The notes beneath the pieces are model-generated. The model searched no databases. It worked only from the letters and a program-made list of their open reading frames with translations, and was not told the origin of the DNA. This document shows positions 10,773 through 21,056 of a stretch of DNA of 64,000 nt, one piece after another. Source of the stretch: a bacterium (GTDB lineage Bacteria; Zhuqueibacterota; Zhuqueibacteria; Residuimicrobiales; Krinioviventaceae); contig CAXXMD010000003.1 in the NCBI GenBank assembly GCA_963675755.2, forward strand, positions 1,280,001-1,344,000. The letters run 5' to 3'. A program made the translations under genes and the position numbers. Numbering within the stretch: position 1 is the stretch's first letter; every line of letters starts with the position of its first letter.

Positions 10773-11864
10773 TCAACTTTTCTTATTATCAATTTCCAAT
10801 TCGGCCAGAAAATCTAAAACACTCTTGGCAACTTTATCAACTTTTAATTTTTTCAAACATTCAAATGTACTACAATTACGACCAGCATCCAAAACACAAT
10901 ATTGTTGAACAAATGGAGTACATTCCACCTCTTCTCGAATATATCGATGTTTGGAGCCAAATGGAAAGGAATACTGCGGATTTGTTGGTCCATAAATAGC
11001 AAACGTTGGCTTACCTAACATATTGGCTATGTATATAGGACCACTATCATTCCCAATTATTACGGAACAATGACAAAGTTTTTCAATCAAATCCTTAACA
11101 GATTCTGTTTCAACATATTTCAGGTCATTCTTGATAAACAACTCGTTATTCACACTATTTTTTTCATGAATGAACATGATATTATATTTAGGCTTTAAAA
11201 TGTTAGCAAGTTCAATAAAATTATCAAACTCCCACTCTTTGGCGCTCCATCCAGCCAGGGTATTTATATAGATTATGTCATTTTTATTATAATTTAACTC
11301 ATATTCTTTATTAATATTTAAAGCTGAAGGAATCTCCAAGCCAACAATATCCAAATATTTGTCAATTAAATGAGGAGTCTCTCGCACAATTGTAAATTTA
11401 TCATATGCTTTTTTTAAAGTGACTTTATTTGTTCCGACATTTTTCTGCGCACCTGCCAAAACACTTGTTAAAAAAGTAAAATAAGAAGGAGAAATATCAT
11501 ATAATATTTCTGCCTTTGTATTTCGTAAATTTTTAATAAATTTCGTTGAGGGGATTCGCGTTTCCAGCCACCCTGATGGATTCTTTAAAGATTTTATTTG
11601 AACTTGATTCCCAAAATACTGTTCATAAATTGGTTTGTTTGAATTAAAACAGACAAGAATTATTCTTTGGTCAGGATATTCATGAACAACACTCTTAATC
11701 GCAGGTATAGTAAAAACAGAATCACCCAATTTGTGTAAACTTAGCACTATGATTGATCCTAAAGTCTGCTTTTTCTTGGATAATGGTCGGACAATCCCAG
11801 TAAAAGGAGTAACAAACAGAAAAACAAAAATGTTTTCAGCAATTTTTTTTATTTTTTTAATCAT
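10773..11864 (-). CDS. GT9 glycosyltransferase (heptosyltransferase-like)
   Basis: KLGDSVFTIPAI, AKEW and GNDSGPIYIA...FAIYGPT motifs. Confidence 0.85.
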   Translation of the reverse strand: MIKKIKKIAENIFVFLFVTPFTGIVRPLSKKKQTLGSIIVLSLHKLGDSVFTIPAIKSVVHEYPDQRIILVCFNSNKPIYEQYFGNQVQIKSLKNPSGWLETRIPSTKFIKNLRNTKAEILYDISPSYFTFLTSVLAGAQKNVGTNKVTLKKAYDKFTIVRETPHLIDKYLDIVGLEIPSALNINKEYELNYNKNDIIYINTLAGWSAKEWEFDNFIELANILKPKYNIMFIHEKNSVNNELFIKNDLKYVETESVKDLIEKLCHCSVIIGNDSGPIYIANMLGKPTFAIYGPTNPQYSFPFGSKHRYIREEVECTPFVQQYCVLDAGRNCSTFECLKKLKVDKVAKSVLDFLAELEIDNKKS

Positions 11865-11902
11865 TTAAAAATCAATCTCAACAACTTTTTAAAAACTTGA
11901 TT

Positions 11903-12391
11903 TTATCGAACCATTTTTTCCTTATTAAAAGTATCAATAATCTTTTCTATGATATTGGTTGTTGAAATATCCTGAAATTTTGGCAACAATTCCAATTTCA
12001 CATTAAATTCATTAATAACATCCAGCATGGGTGTATTACTTTTATACTCTATACTATCAACATGGATATGTGGTTTGACGGCTTTTAATAGCGGGATAGA
12101 TACATCTGCTTCATCCATAATTATAATATAATCAACAAATCTTATGGCAGACAGTATTTCAGCTCTTTGATCTTGAGAAATAATGGGTCTAAATTGACTT
12201 TTGTAGGCCTGAACTGATTTGTCAGAATTTAACCCAAGAAACAATACATCTCCCTGTTCCTTGGCGAATTTAATTGATCGAATGTGACCTGCATGCAAAA
12301 GGTCAAAAGAACCATTAATCGTGACAACCTTTTTCCCTTGATCCTTTAAAAGTTTCGCAGTTTGTACAGCCTGCTCTATATTAATAATCAT
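11903..12391 (-). CDS. Nucleotidyltransferase, RfaE domain II-like (heptose-1-phosphate adenylyltransferase)
   Basis: NGSFDLLHAGH, GLNSDKSV, RPII and STTNIIEKI motifs. Confidence 0.85.
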   Translation of the reverse strand: MIINIEQAVQTAKLLKDQGKKVVTINGSFDLLHAGHIRSIKFAKEQGDVLFLGLNSDKSVQAYKSQFRPIISQDQRAEILSAIRFVDYIIIMDEADVSIPLLKAVKPHIHVDSIEYKSNTPMLDVINEFNVKLELLPKFQDISTTNIIEKIIDTFNKEKMVR

Positions 12392-12431
12392 AAATTCATT
12401 CCCTTACCAAACATCTTTATTGGTATAATCA

Positions 12432-13832
12432 TTAAATCTTTTTAAAATTCAAAAGTGTCTCCACTCTTGCAATTGCTACAACGGGTATTAAAAAATAAAC
12501 AAAATCATTAATTCTTGCAGATCCTATTATTATACCGCTTTCAAAGAAACCTCTCATTGTCAATCCAAACAATATTGAGCAAGCAATATATAATACAGCA
12601 CGTACCTGATCATTATGGGTTTTTCGAAGAAGGACTATTACTTTATAAAACAACACAAGTATAAAAGCATACAGAATAATACCAGCCAAAAGACCATTTT
12701 CAGAGGCCACAGTTAAAAACAAGTTGTGCGCAGCACCAGACATTTCAGACGATCGGGTAAATGTTGAAAAAAAATCAGTTGGTATGATATACTTGTATTT
12801 AACAAATTCATAATTTCCAAGACCAACCCCTAAAACAGGGTGATCGTGTATAATGTCAATTGCTGTTTTCCAGAGGATATCTCTGCCAGTAAATCCCCTC
12901 TCTAACCTCAACAACAAAAAAACGGTTTTTCCAATAAAAGGTAACAAAACTATAAAAAGAGCAATAAACGAAACTATAACAATCCTGCCAAACTTCAATC
13001 CTAATAATAGAATAAAAAAAGAAGCCATAATACAAAGCAATGCTGACCTTGAATTTGTCAACAAGACAATATAAAGAAAAAACCCCAAAATAAAAAAATA
13101 AAACACTCGGCCCCATAACATTCTTGTCTGGTTTTTATAAAATACCTTGACAAATATTATGGGTATAGCAATAATAAATGGAATTGAAAAATTATTGGCA
13201 TTCTCATAAAATGAAGCCAGGCGAATTTTTATTAAATCTCCTGAAATCAAATCTGTTGGTGAAAAAGCCATAATAGCAGGTAATGATAGAATGGTAAGCA
13301 CTATTGCTGAAAGAATAATACTATTATAAACAATATGAATATCATCAACATTTTGAATCAAATTAAATACAATTACCAAGAAACCAAATATTAAATATAA
13401 CCTGATTAGCTCATTCAAACTATACCCAAATGAAACAGAATGTAAAGTTGCCAAAGTACAAAGAACTAAATAAGAAACAAGAAAACTTGAAACATACCAA
13501 GGTACTGATTCAAATTTAAATTCATATCTTGCAAGCTCAAGTAACCAGACCGCACTAATACCAAACAAACCAAGCCAACTAATTGCAGTAATTAGCACAG
13601 GGGGCAATATGGGTAATAACGGTAGTATAAACACAAAAATTACAAAATAACTCTTGATAGAAATCTCATATTTCAAGAAAACATACAACCCAACGATCAT
13701 AACTGTCATTACCGGTGCAATCCAAACAGATAGTGTTCCACTGAGGAACAAAACAAATAATTCTATTCCTACAAGCAATGTCCAAAAAATGAAAGCATTA
13801 TATGATATTTTATTTGAAGCGTTATTCATCAT
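12432..13832 (-). CDS. O-antigen ligase/Wzy polymerase family membrane protein
   Basis: Many TM helices; LTNSRSA, GRDILW, HPVLGVGLGN and AHNLFL motifs. Confidence 0.85.
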   Translation of the reverse strand: MMNNASNKISYNAFIFWTLLVGIELFVLFLSGTLSVWIAPVMTVMIVGLYVFLKYEISIKSYFVIFVFILPLLPILPPVLITAISWLGLFGISAVWLLELARYEFKFESVPWYVSSFLVSYLVLCTLATLHSVSFGYSLNELIRLYLIFGFLVIVFNLIQNVDDIHIVYNSIILSAIVLTILSLPAIMAFSPTDLISGDLIKIRLASFYENANNFSIPFIIAIPIIFVKVFYKNQTRMLWGRVFYFFILGFFLYIVLLTNSRSALLCIMASFFILLLGLKFGRIVIVSFIALFIVLLPFIGKTVFLLLRLERGFTGRDILWKTAIDIIHDHPVLGVGLGNYEFVKYKYIIPTDFFSTFTRSSEMSGAAHNLFLTVASENGLLAGIILYAFILVLFYKVIVLLRKTHNDQVRAVLYIACSILFGLTMRGFFESGIIIGSARINDFVYFLIPVVAIARVETLLNFKKI

Positions 13833-15337
13833 TATTCTTTTAATAATACTTTGGGATTTTCAATTTTAAATAATACCATTAATCCTACAAACAATCCTAC
13901 CCATACAATCAATTTTAAAGCTAAAGAAATTATTATCGGCATACCAGATAAAAACATGGCTCCAATACTTACAAGTACAGAAATAAGCAATGAAATTACA
14001 ACTATCTTGAAAAGAGTGTTTAATATTTGAAAATGATACAGTTTATAAAACTTGAAATGCAAAATCAAATATAACACTAAAATATTTGTATACCCACTTA
14101 TTGAAGTTGCTATTGCTAAACCAATGTGATGATATTTTTGAACGAGTAAAAAAGAAAAAATCAATTTCATTAAAATAGCAAAAGCACTGGCAATTAAAAT
14201 TTTTTTCAATGCACCTAGCGAGTAATATAATTTGATCAATATAGCATGACATACAAATGCTAACAACCCTATTGAAAAATATTTAAAGCTTTGAGAAGTA
14301 TACTGAACCGCTAAATCATTAAATTCACCACGCTTAAAAAAAACAACAATAATATCATTTACATTTGTAATAATAAAAAACATTAATGGCACAGTTAAAA
14401 TAATAACAAATTTTAAATTATTTGTAACAAATTGGACAAGCTTTTCTTTTTTATCCATACTAACTAATTCAGAAATCGAGGGAAAGGCTGCTGTCCCCAA
14501 TGCAATACCAATAAAACTAACAGGTATTTGATATAAAATATATGCATAATTTAAACTTGAAATTGAACCTTGTGGTAATAAATAATTAAAAGACCTGTCA
14601 ATAATCGAATACAGCTGACCTAACATTTCAATTATCATTACAAGAAACAATACGGAAAAACTTTTTCGTATATAACTATTAAATGAAATTCGTAAAGTTA
14701 TATTGATTTTTTTAAATAATGAAAACACATATAATAACAAGAACTGTATTATATACCCAGTGATCATTCCTGTTGCAAGGGCCATTACTCCATACTGTAA
14801 AGAGAATAATAACAAAAAAAGAATGATTGTTACATTTAAAAATAAAGGTGAAATAGCAGGTAGAAAAAATATCTTGTTAGCATTTAAAACACTCTTAAAT
14901 ATCGAAAACAGCCCTCCGAAAAACACTGCAAAACTAACTGTTTTTAATATTTTTACTGCCAACTCGGCATCTTTTGCAGAACCTGATAAATACAAATTAA
15001 TAATTTGAGGTGAAAACAACCAGATACTCGAAGCAATTATTAAAAATATCAACCCATAGATAACTGTAAAATTTGAAAAAAACTGATTTGCTCTTTCTGT
15101 ATCAGCGGAAGTTTTGATTTTCAAATATTGAGGTATAAACCCACCCGGCATTGTATAAAGCAACACACTAAATATTGCAACGGGAATAGTTGTAGCGACC
15201 AGAAAAATATCATATTCTGTACTTGCACCAAATTTTTGTGCTATTAATATTTCACGAACAAAACCCAGAATTTTACTTGTCAAGGTTCCAACTATAATCA
15301 ATATTGATGCGTGAAATATCGAATGCTGTTTTTTCAT
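13832..15337 (-). CDS. MurJ/MviN-like (MOP family) flippase, probably the polysaccharide flippase of this locus
   Basis: SKILGFVRE..IAQKFGA, IIDRSF and RGEF motifs; AT-rich like its neighbours. Start is the ATG at 15337 or the GTG at 15352. Confidence 0.8.
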   Translation of the reverse strand: MKKQHSIFHASILIIVGTLTSKILGFVREILIAQKFGASTEYDIFLVATTIPVAIFSVLLYTMPGGFIPQYLKIKTSADTERANQFFSNFTVIYGLIFLIIASSIWLFSPQIINLYLSGSAKDAELAVKILKTVSFAVFFGGLFSIFKSVLNANKIFFLPAISPLFLNVTIILFLLLFSLQYGVMALATGMITGYIIQFLLLYVFSLFKKINITLRISFNSYIRKSFSVLFLVMIIEMLGQLYSIIDRSFNYLLPQGSISSLNYAYILYQIPVSFIGIALGTAAFPSISELVSMDKKEKLVQFVTNNLKFVIILTVPLMFFIITNVNDIIVVFFKRGEFNDLAVQYTSQSFKYFSIGLLAFVCHAILIKLYYSLGALKKILIASAFAILMKLIFSFLLVQKYHHIGLAIATSISGYTNILVLYLILHFKFYKLYHFQILNTLFKIVVISLLISVLVSIGAMFLSGMPIIISLALKLIVWVGLFVGLMVLFKIENPKVLLKE

Positions 15338-15361
15338 AAAAAAAGAGGTCACAAAAATAGA

Positions 15362-16573
15362 TTAAAAAATCATCTTTTTTATTCGCAAGAGTTGAGAATA
15401 GGCGGGAGAATTATTTTCACGGTATTCATTAATCTGTTCTGTAAAAAAGATAAAGACTAATGATAATACCATACCAAAAAAGACAACAAAAAGCACCAAA
15501 AATGCACGTTTGGGTTTGGCTTTTTTAATGGGTAAATTTGCCTCATCTAATATCTGCAATGTTGGGATCTCTTTTTGTTCCTGAATTTTTGCATGTTCAT
15601 ATTGGGGCAGAATGAATTCCATAATTGTTTCCTGCATTTTAACATCACGAAACAAACGCAAGTATTCCATGCCCAGATCAGGAAGTTGATCGACAGTGAT
15701 GAGAACATCCTTTTGAGTTTGCATAATATCCGGATTTTGATTTTTCAATTCACCATATTTTTCATACAATGCATCCAGAGTGCTTTTTGCCCGTTTATAA
15801 TCAATATGGTTTTTACCAACATAATTATTCAACACTTCAACTTCTATTTCCTGAGCAATTATCTTTCCTCGTAGTTCGGCAATAGTATTGATTGTTGCAA
15901 GGGTTTGTTCTTCCAGTGCAATTACACCTGTCTCTTTTTGAAATGCTTTTAGCTTTTCTTCAGCCTGGTTCAAATCTGATAAATTCTGGAGATATCGTTT
16001 TTCAATAAATGCTCTGGAATTTGTAGCTTTTTCCCCATTTAACTCTATATTCAACTGATCCAATTTTTTCACAAGATAACTTGTCATCTGATGTGCCAGT
16101 TTTCTGGCTTCATCATCATTTTCTTTTGACATTAAAAATGGCGTTTTTGTCATTGAGCTGATAGTTATCGTTCCATCTTCATTAATATCTGCTGCTATTC
16201 TTTTTCGTAGGGCTTTGACAGTCAATTCAATATTTTTGGTTTTGAATCTGTTTTGCAAATCGAATTGATTTGCAACATCTTCCATCATTGTCCTGCTATT
16301 TATAATAGCAAGAAACCGTGTTGCTTCTTCCGAGGCTCCACCACCTAACAATCCACCAACGGGCAAAGCATCAGTTATCATAGAAGCAATATTCATCCCT
16401 CCCATGTCCCCTTCAGGGCTTAAAACTGTACAACTGGATCTGAACCATCTGGGTACCATGAGACTAAACACAACAGATACAATTGCAAGAATAATAAAAT
16501 TAATTATTAACAGTTTTTTCCACTTTAAAAGTTTTTCAAGTAGATCTAAAATATTAATCAGTTTCTTTTCCAT
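15362..16573 (-). CDS. Wzz/GumC-like polysaccharide chain-length determinant
   Basis: N- and C-terminal TM helices, periplasmic coiled coil, and the ILDEANLPIKKAKPKR motif. Confidence 0.85.
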   Translation of the reverse strand: MEKKLINILDLLEKLLKWKKLLIINFIILAIVSVVFSLMVPRWFRSSCTVLSPEGDMGGMNIASMITDALPVGGLLGGGASEEATRFLAIINSRTMMEDVANQFDLQNRFKTKNIELTVKALRKRIAADINEDGTITISSMTKTPFLMSKENDDEARKLAHQMTSYLVKKLDQLNIELNGEKATNSRAFIEKRYLQNLSDLNQAEEKLKAFQKETGVIALEEQTLATINTIAELRGKIIAQEIEVEVLNNYVGKNHIDYKRAKSTLDALYEKYGELKNQNPDIMQTQKDVLITVDQLPDLGMEYLRLFRDVKMQETIMEFILPQYEHAKIQEQKEIPTLQILDEANLPIKKAKPKRAFLVLFVVFFGMVLSLVFIFFTEQINEYRENNSPAYSQLLRIKKMIF

Positions 16574-16597
16574 AAAATGCCCAAATAAAATAACAAT

Positions 16598-18499
16598 TTA
16601 TTTTCTTTTTGCCACTTTGATCAAACCAAAACCCAGAATCGTAAAGACCGCCAGTGAAACCAGTTGACCGACAGGTTCGGGCCAATTGAGTCCTATACCC
16701 TGCGGCTTACCAGCAAAAAAAGCATATGCGGCAATAAAAACACCCATAATGCCCTCGCCGGCAATAAGCCCGGATCCCATCAGAATTCCCTGTTCCTTAC
16801 GGCTTGCTTTATCTTCTTCCGATTTTGCCTGTTTTTCCATAAAATACCGAATTACACCACCAACAAATACCGGCGTCATTGCCGACAATGGAAGATAAAT
16901 TCCAACCGCAAACGGCAGCGATGGTGTTCCCAGTAATTCAGCAACTCCTGCAATCGCCGCACCGGTCATCACCAGACCCCAGGGCAAATCTGCCTGCAGT
17001 ACGCCTTCAATCACGGTTTTCATTAATGTCGCCTGAGGTGCAGGTAAATCTGCTGATCCAAAAGTATAAGCTCTACCAAGCAGCCAAACCGCTCCGGCAA
17101 TAAAAAATGCCGAAGTTACCGCGCCAATCAATTCTGCTGTTTGTTGTTTACGTGGAGTAGATCCAATTAAATAACCACACTTTAAATCTTGAGAGATATC
17201 TCCGGCAATGGATGCAGCCACACATACAACCGTACCAATTGTTAAAACCGCAGCTTTACCAAAGTCATCTGTCCAACCTAACGCGTAAAAGATCAAACTT
17301 GTTCCCAATAAAGTTACAATAGTCATACCCGAAGTGGGATTAGAGGAAACCCCTACCAATCCTACAATGCGCGCGGATACGGTTACAAACATGAACGCAA
17401 AGATTGCAATACACACCGCACCCAAAACCCTTACTAAAAATGTAGATCCTACACCCAGCACATGCGGTGTTACAATGATCGCCAGAGCTACAACCAGAGC
17501 GCCAATCATCACAACAATCATGGACAAATCATGGTCTGTGCGGATAGGCTTTGCTACTTTAGCACTAGAACCTGCCCGCAGCTCATTCAAACCGATTTTA
17601 AGAGAACTGTACATGGTAGGTATGGATTTTATAACGGTTATAATTCCCGCAAATGCAACCGCACCGGCGCCAATGTAACGGATATAACGGGTCCAGATTT
17701 CACCGGGAGACATGTCAGCAATCAATTTTGTTGTTTCAGGAAACAAGGGGCTTGTCAGGTCCCGACCAAAAAGGTCGATCAGGGGAATGAGTCCCACCCA
17801 GGAAAGCAACCCACCTGCAACCATAATAGCAGAAACCCGGTATCCCAATATATATCCAACACCCATCAAAGCGGGACCCGCGTCAAGGCCCACTTCTGCT
17901 TTACGCATAACGGGTAATTTTAAACTCAAAGATTCGGGCCATAATTTGAAAAACCCGGTAAACGCTTTATATAATGCTCCAATTCCTAATCCCCAAAACA
18001 CATTCTTTGCCCGTGCGCCACCGGCATCAGCAGCTATCAGCACCTGTGCACTGGCAGTCCCTTCCGGATATGGCAGGGATTGATGTTCTTTTACGATTAA
18101 AAAACGACGCAAAGGGATCATAAACAACACACCCAAAACACCACCCATCATAGCCAGTACACCAATCTGCAAAAGTGAGGGGTCAAAACCCCACAAAAAC
18201 AACGCAGGTATGGTAAAAATAATGCCCGAGGCAAGTGAAGAACTGGCAGAACCTGTGGTTTGGGAAATATTATGTTCCAGAATAGTAGATGGTCCCAATA
18301 ACGGTTTTAACAGACGAAACACAGCTACAGAAACTACTGCAAGGGGTATTGCGGTACTGATGGTAAGCCCTACACGTAAACCCAAATAAGCATTTGCAGA
18401 ACCGAAAATAATGCCAAAAATTATTCCTGCAATAACAGCTTTGAGTGTAAAGTCACGTATCTCTGTTTCAGCAGGTACATACGGTTTAAACTCTGACAT
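16598..18499 (-). CDS. OPT-family oligopeptide transporter
   Basis: NAYLGLRVGLT, LPYPEGTA, SSNPTSGM, QDLKCG and LPAPQA motifs. Confidence 0.92.
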   Translation of the reverse strand: MSEFKPYVPAETEIRDFTLKAVIAGIIFGIIFGSANAYLGLRVGLTISTAIPLAVVSVAVFRLLKPLLGPSTILEHNISQTTGSASSSLASGIIFTIPALFLWGFDPSLLQIGVLAMMGGVLGVLFMIPLRRFLIVKEHQSLPYPEGTASAQVLIAADAGGARAKNVFWGLGIGALYKAFTGFFKLWPESLSLKLPVMRKAEVGLDAGPALMGVGYILGYRVSAIMVAGGLLSWVGLIPLIDLFGRDLTSPLFPETTKLIADMSPGEIWTRYIRYIGAGAVAFAGIITVIKSIPTMYSSLKIGLNELRAGSSAKVAKPIRTDHDLSMIVVMIGALVVALAIIVTPHVLGVGSTFLVRVLGAVCIAIFAFMFVTVSARIVGLVGVSSNPTSGMTIVTLLGTSLIFYALGWTDDFGKAAVLTIGTVVCVAASIAGDISQDLKCGYLIGSTPRKQQTAELIGAVTSAFFIAGAVWLLGRAYTFGSADLPAPQATLMKTVIEGVLQADLPWGLVMTGAAIAGVAELLGTPSLPFAVGIYLPLSAMTPVFVGGVIRYFMEKQAKSEEDKASRKEQGILMGSGLIAGEGIMGVFIAAYAFFAGKPQGIGLNWPEPVGQLVSLAVFTILGFGLIKVAKRK

Positions 18500-18609
18500 G
18501 TTTCCCCGTCTTTTTTATTGACCAACTCATTACAAACGAACCGATAAAAGTAAGGAAAATAAATTGATAAATCAAGATTCTTTTCGTACATTATTAAGAA
18601 AGAATTTCA

Positions 18610-18638
18610 TTGCTTTTTATAAACCGATGATTTATATT
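18610..18638 (+). promoter_or_regulatory. Putative sigma70-type promoter of the yggS...lspA operon
   Basis: TTGCTT-N17-TATATT ending 23 nt upstream of the yggS ATG; motif match only. Confidence 0.45.
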
Positions 18639-18661
18639 GATGGCTTAACTAGCTCTTTATT

Positions 18662-19348
18662 ATGGACATAAGAGATAATTTCCTGAGAATTCAGGATCAA
18701 ATACAGAATACTTGTACCCAATGCCAGCGAAACGTGGATGATGTTAACCTGGTAGCTGTTACAAAAACAGTAGATGTGCCGGTTATCCGGGAAGCAATAA
18801 AAGCCGGTGTGCAGATCATTGGCGAGAACCGAATACAAGATGCTGAATCCAAACACCAACAGATCTCTGATGATCTGAAATGGCATTTCATAGGTCATCT
18901 GCAAACGAACAAGGTGAAAAAAGCGCTACAGATCTTTGATGTAATTGAAGCTGTAGATTCTGTGCATTTGGCTGTTGAAATTGATAAACAGGCTCAACTA
19001 CTCGATCGAAAGGTCGATATTTTTATACAGGTAAACACATCCGGGGAAGAAAGCAAGTTTGGTATACATCCAAAAGAACTTGAATCCTTTGTTACGCAAA
19101 TCAGGCATTTGAACAATATTCATATATCCGGTTTGATGACCATTGGAGCTTTTCTTTCGAATGTTGAACAAGTTAGACCCGGTTTCAAAAAATTATTCGA
19201 CCTGCGTGAGCAGATTAATCAGTTAGAAATTATTGAACCGATCAAATATCTGTCCATGGGCATGACAAATGACTTTCCAATAGCCATTCAGGAAGGCGCA
19301 ACCCATGTTCGAATAGGAAGAGCGTTGTTTGGAGAAAGAAAGTATTAG
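18662..19348 (+). CDS. yggS: YggS/PROSC pyridoxal-phosphate homeostasis protein
   Basis: VAVTK, GENRIQ, WHFIGHLQTNK, LSMGM and VRIGRALFG motifs. Confidence 0.95.
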   Translation: MDIRDNFLRIQDQIQNTCTQCQRNVDDVNLVAVTKTVDVPVIREAIKAGVQIIGENRIQDAESKHQQISDDLKWHFIGHLQTNKVKKALQIFDVIEAVDSVHLAVEIDKQAQLLDRKVDIFIQVNTSGEESKFGIHPKELESFVTQIRHLNNIHISGLMTIGAFLSNVEQVRPGFKKLFDLREQINQLEIIEPIKYLSMGMTNDFPIAIQEGATHVRIGRALFGERKY

Positions 19349-19356
19349 GCATTGAT

Positions 19357-19647
19357 ATGATATTTACAAATTTTATAGCAGCTATAGCTGAAGTATTAAA
19401 CCTGGCAATCACTTTATATATGTATATAGTGATTGCGCGAGCACTTATGTCCTGGTTTAATCCCAATCCCTACAACCAGATTGTTCAGTTTATTAACAGG
19501 ATTACGGATCCACCCTTGTTGTGGATACGAAAAAACCTGCCTGTTGTTGTGGGTGGTATGGATCTTTCACCTATAATTCTGATTTTTGCGTTAATGTTTT
19601 TAAACAGATTTTTAATGATGACTTTACGCCAAATCGCATCTTTTTAG
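19357..19647 (+). CDS. yggT: YggT family membrane protein
   Basis: SWFNPNPYN, ITDP and DLSPII motifs. Confidence 0.9.
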   Translation: MIFTNFIAAIAEVLNLAITLYMYIVIARALMSWFNPNPYNQIVQFINRITDPPLLWIRKNLPVVVGGMDLSPIILIFALMFLNRFLMMTLRQIASF

Positions 19648-19669
19648 TATAATAAAGTGGAGAACTGTT

Positions 19670-20341
19670 GTGAAACTAACACCATTAGATATCCGAAAAC
19701 AAGAATTCAAACGGAGTATGAGAGGCTTTGATCCGGATGAGGTAGAAGCATTTCTTACAATGGTGGCGGATGAGTTTGAACTGATGATCCGGGAAAAAAA
19801 CCAGTTGAACGACGAAGCCATTAAACTTCGTACTCAGTTAAAAGATTACCAACAGGTTGAAAACACTTTACGCGACACCTTAGTCAAGGCGCAAAATACA
19901 ATTGAAGATACTAAAGCCAATTCCAAACGTGAAGCCGAAATCATCATTCACGAAGCAGAATTACAGGCCGAAAATATCATCAAAGATGCCAAAGAAGAAC
20001 TGATGCGTTTACGCAATGAAGCCCATATGGTAAGGGCACAAAAAGAATCGTTTGCAAACCGGTTACGCCATTTGTTGGGATCACAAATTGAGCTTTTAGA
20101 AGTTCTGGAAATGGATGACGATGAGATGGATCCGCGCCGGGCACGTGCGCAGCGCAGACAGGAAGAAATGTCTGCAAATCAAAGAGAGCAAGCAGGCCAG
20201 GGACTGGGGGAACAACGGAAACAACAGCCTCCTATTATCAGAAATACTGATAATCCCGGGCAGGGAGTCAGGACGGGTGAACAACAACACCCTGATAATC
20301 AACAAAATCAGGACCCGTCTTCGAATGAATTTATTCGTTAA
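19670..20341 (+). CDS. divIVA: DivIVA domain protein with a Q/N-rich C-terminal tail
   Basis: MKLTPLDIRKQEFKRSMRGFDPDEVEAFL followed by a coiled coil; GTG start. Confidence 0.9.
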   Translation: MKLTPLDIRKQEFKRSMRGFDPDEVEAFLTMVADEFELMIREKNQLNDEAIKLRTQLKDYQQVENTLRDTLVKAQNTIEDTKANSKREAEIIIHEAELQAENIIKDAKEELMRLRNEAHMVRAQKESFANRLRHLLGSQIELLEVLEMDDDEMDPRRARAQRRQEEMSANQREQAGQGLGEQRKQQPPIIRNTDNPGQGVRTGEQQHPDNQQNQDPSSNEFIR

Positions 20342-20375
20342 GAGTTGAATATTATATCAAAAGGAGACAACACTT

Positions 20376-21056
20376 ATGAGAAAACTCCTCCGTTGTACTG
20401 CAATTTCAGCACTGGTATTCATGTTTCTGGCTGCAGGATGCAGTAACCAGGTTGCGTTAAACAAAAATACGTTACAAAAAGAACAAACTGTTTCTATAAA
20501 ATTAACAACAGGCCAGACTGTTAATGGTCTGATTCAATCAGTAAACGAGCAAACCGTATCTGTATTTAATCCGGAATCTCGTACCAGCACAGATGTACAA
20601 AAAAGCCAGATTGCTGAAATCAGCGGCCCTCAGCCCTATTACGATGCAAAACAGGCTTTAATAAGCGAAAAAGAAATTGATGCCGTTAAAACAAACAAGA
20701 AATTCTGGACATATACTTTGAGCGGCGGCCTGGTATCCGCAGGCGCAAGCTTTTTTCTAAGCAGTATGATTGCTAAATCCTCCAGTGATGATATAGAAGA
20801 TCCCATCATTCTTTCTGGCACCGCGGCTGGCACTGTTCTTGGCGCCTGGTTATTTTCCCGTGTTGGCAGCAAAAAAGACAAACTCGATGCGGTTGACAGC
20901 ATTCGCCTGGCAAGAGCGGGTAAAAGCCTGAACGGCGTTGAAGAAGAAATTGAAAAACAAAAACGTGTCCAGATGGAATTGGAAAAATTGAAAAAAGAAC
21001 GTGAGGACCAGGAAGCAGAAATAGAAAAATTACGCAAAAAGGTTGAGGAAAAATAA
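20376..21056 (+). CDS. Hypothetical lipoprotein (small beta domain, hydrophobic hairpin, C-terminal coiled coil)
   Basis: AAGGAG RBS, lipobox LAAGC, two Gly/Ala-rich hydrophobic segments and an E/K-rich tail. Confidence 0.75.
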   Translation: MRKLLRCTAISALVFMFLAAGCSNQVALNKNTLQKEQTVSIKLTTGQTVNGLIQSVNEQTVSVFNPESRTSTDVQKSQIAEISGPQPYYDAKQALISEKEIDAVKTNKKFWTYTLSGGLVSAGASFFLSSMIAKSSSDDIEDPIILSGTAAGTVLGAWLFSRVGSKKDKLDAVDSIRLARAGKSLNGVEEEIEKQKRVQMELEKLKKEREDQEAEIEKLRKKVEEK

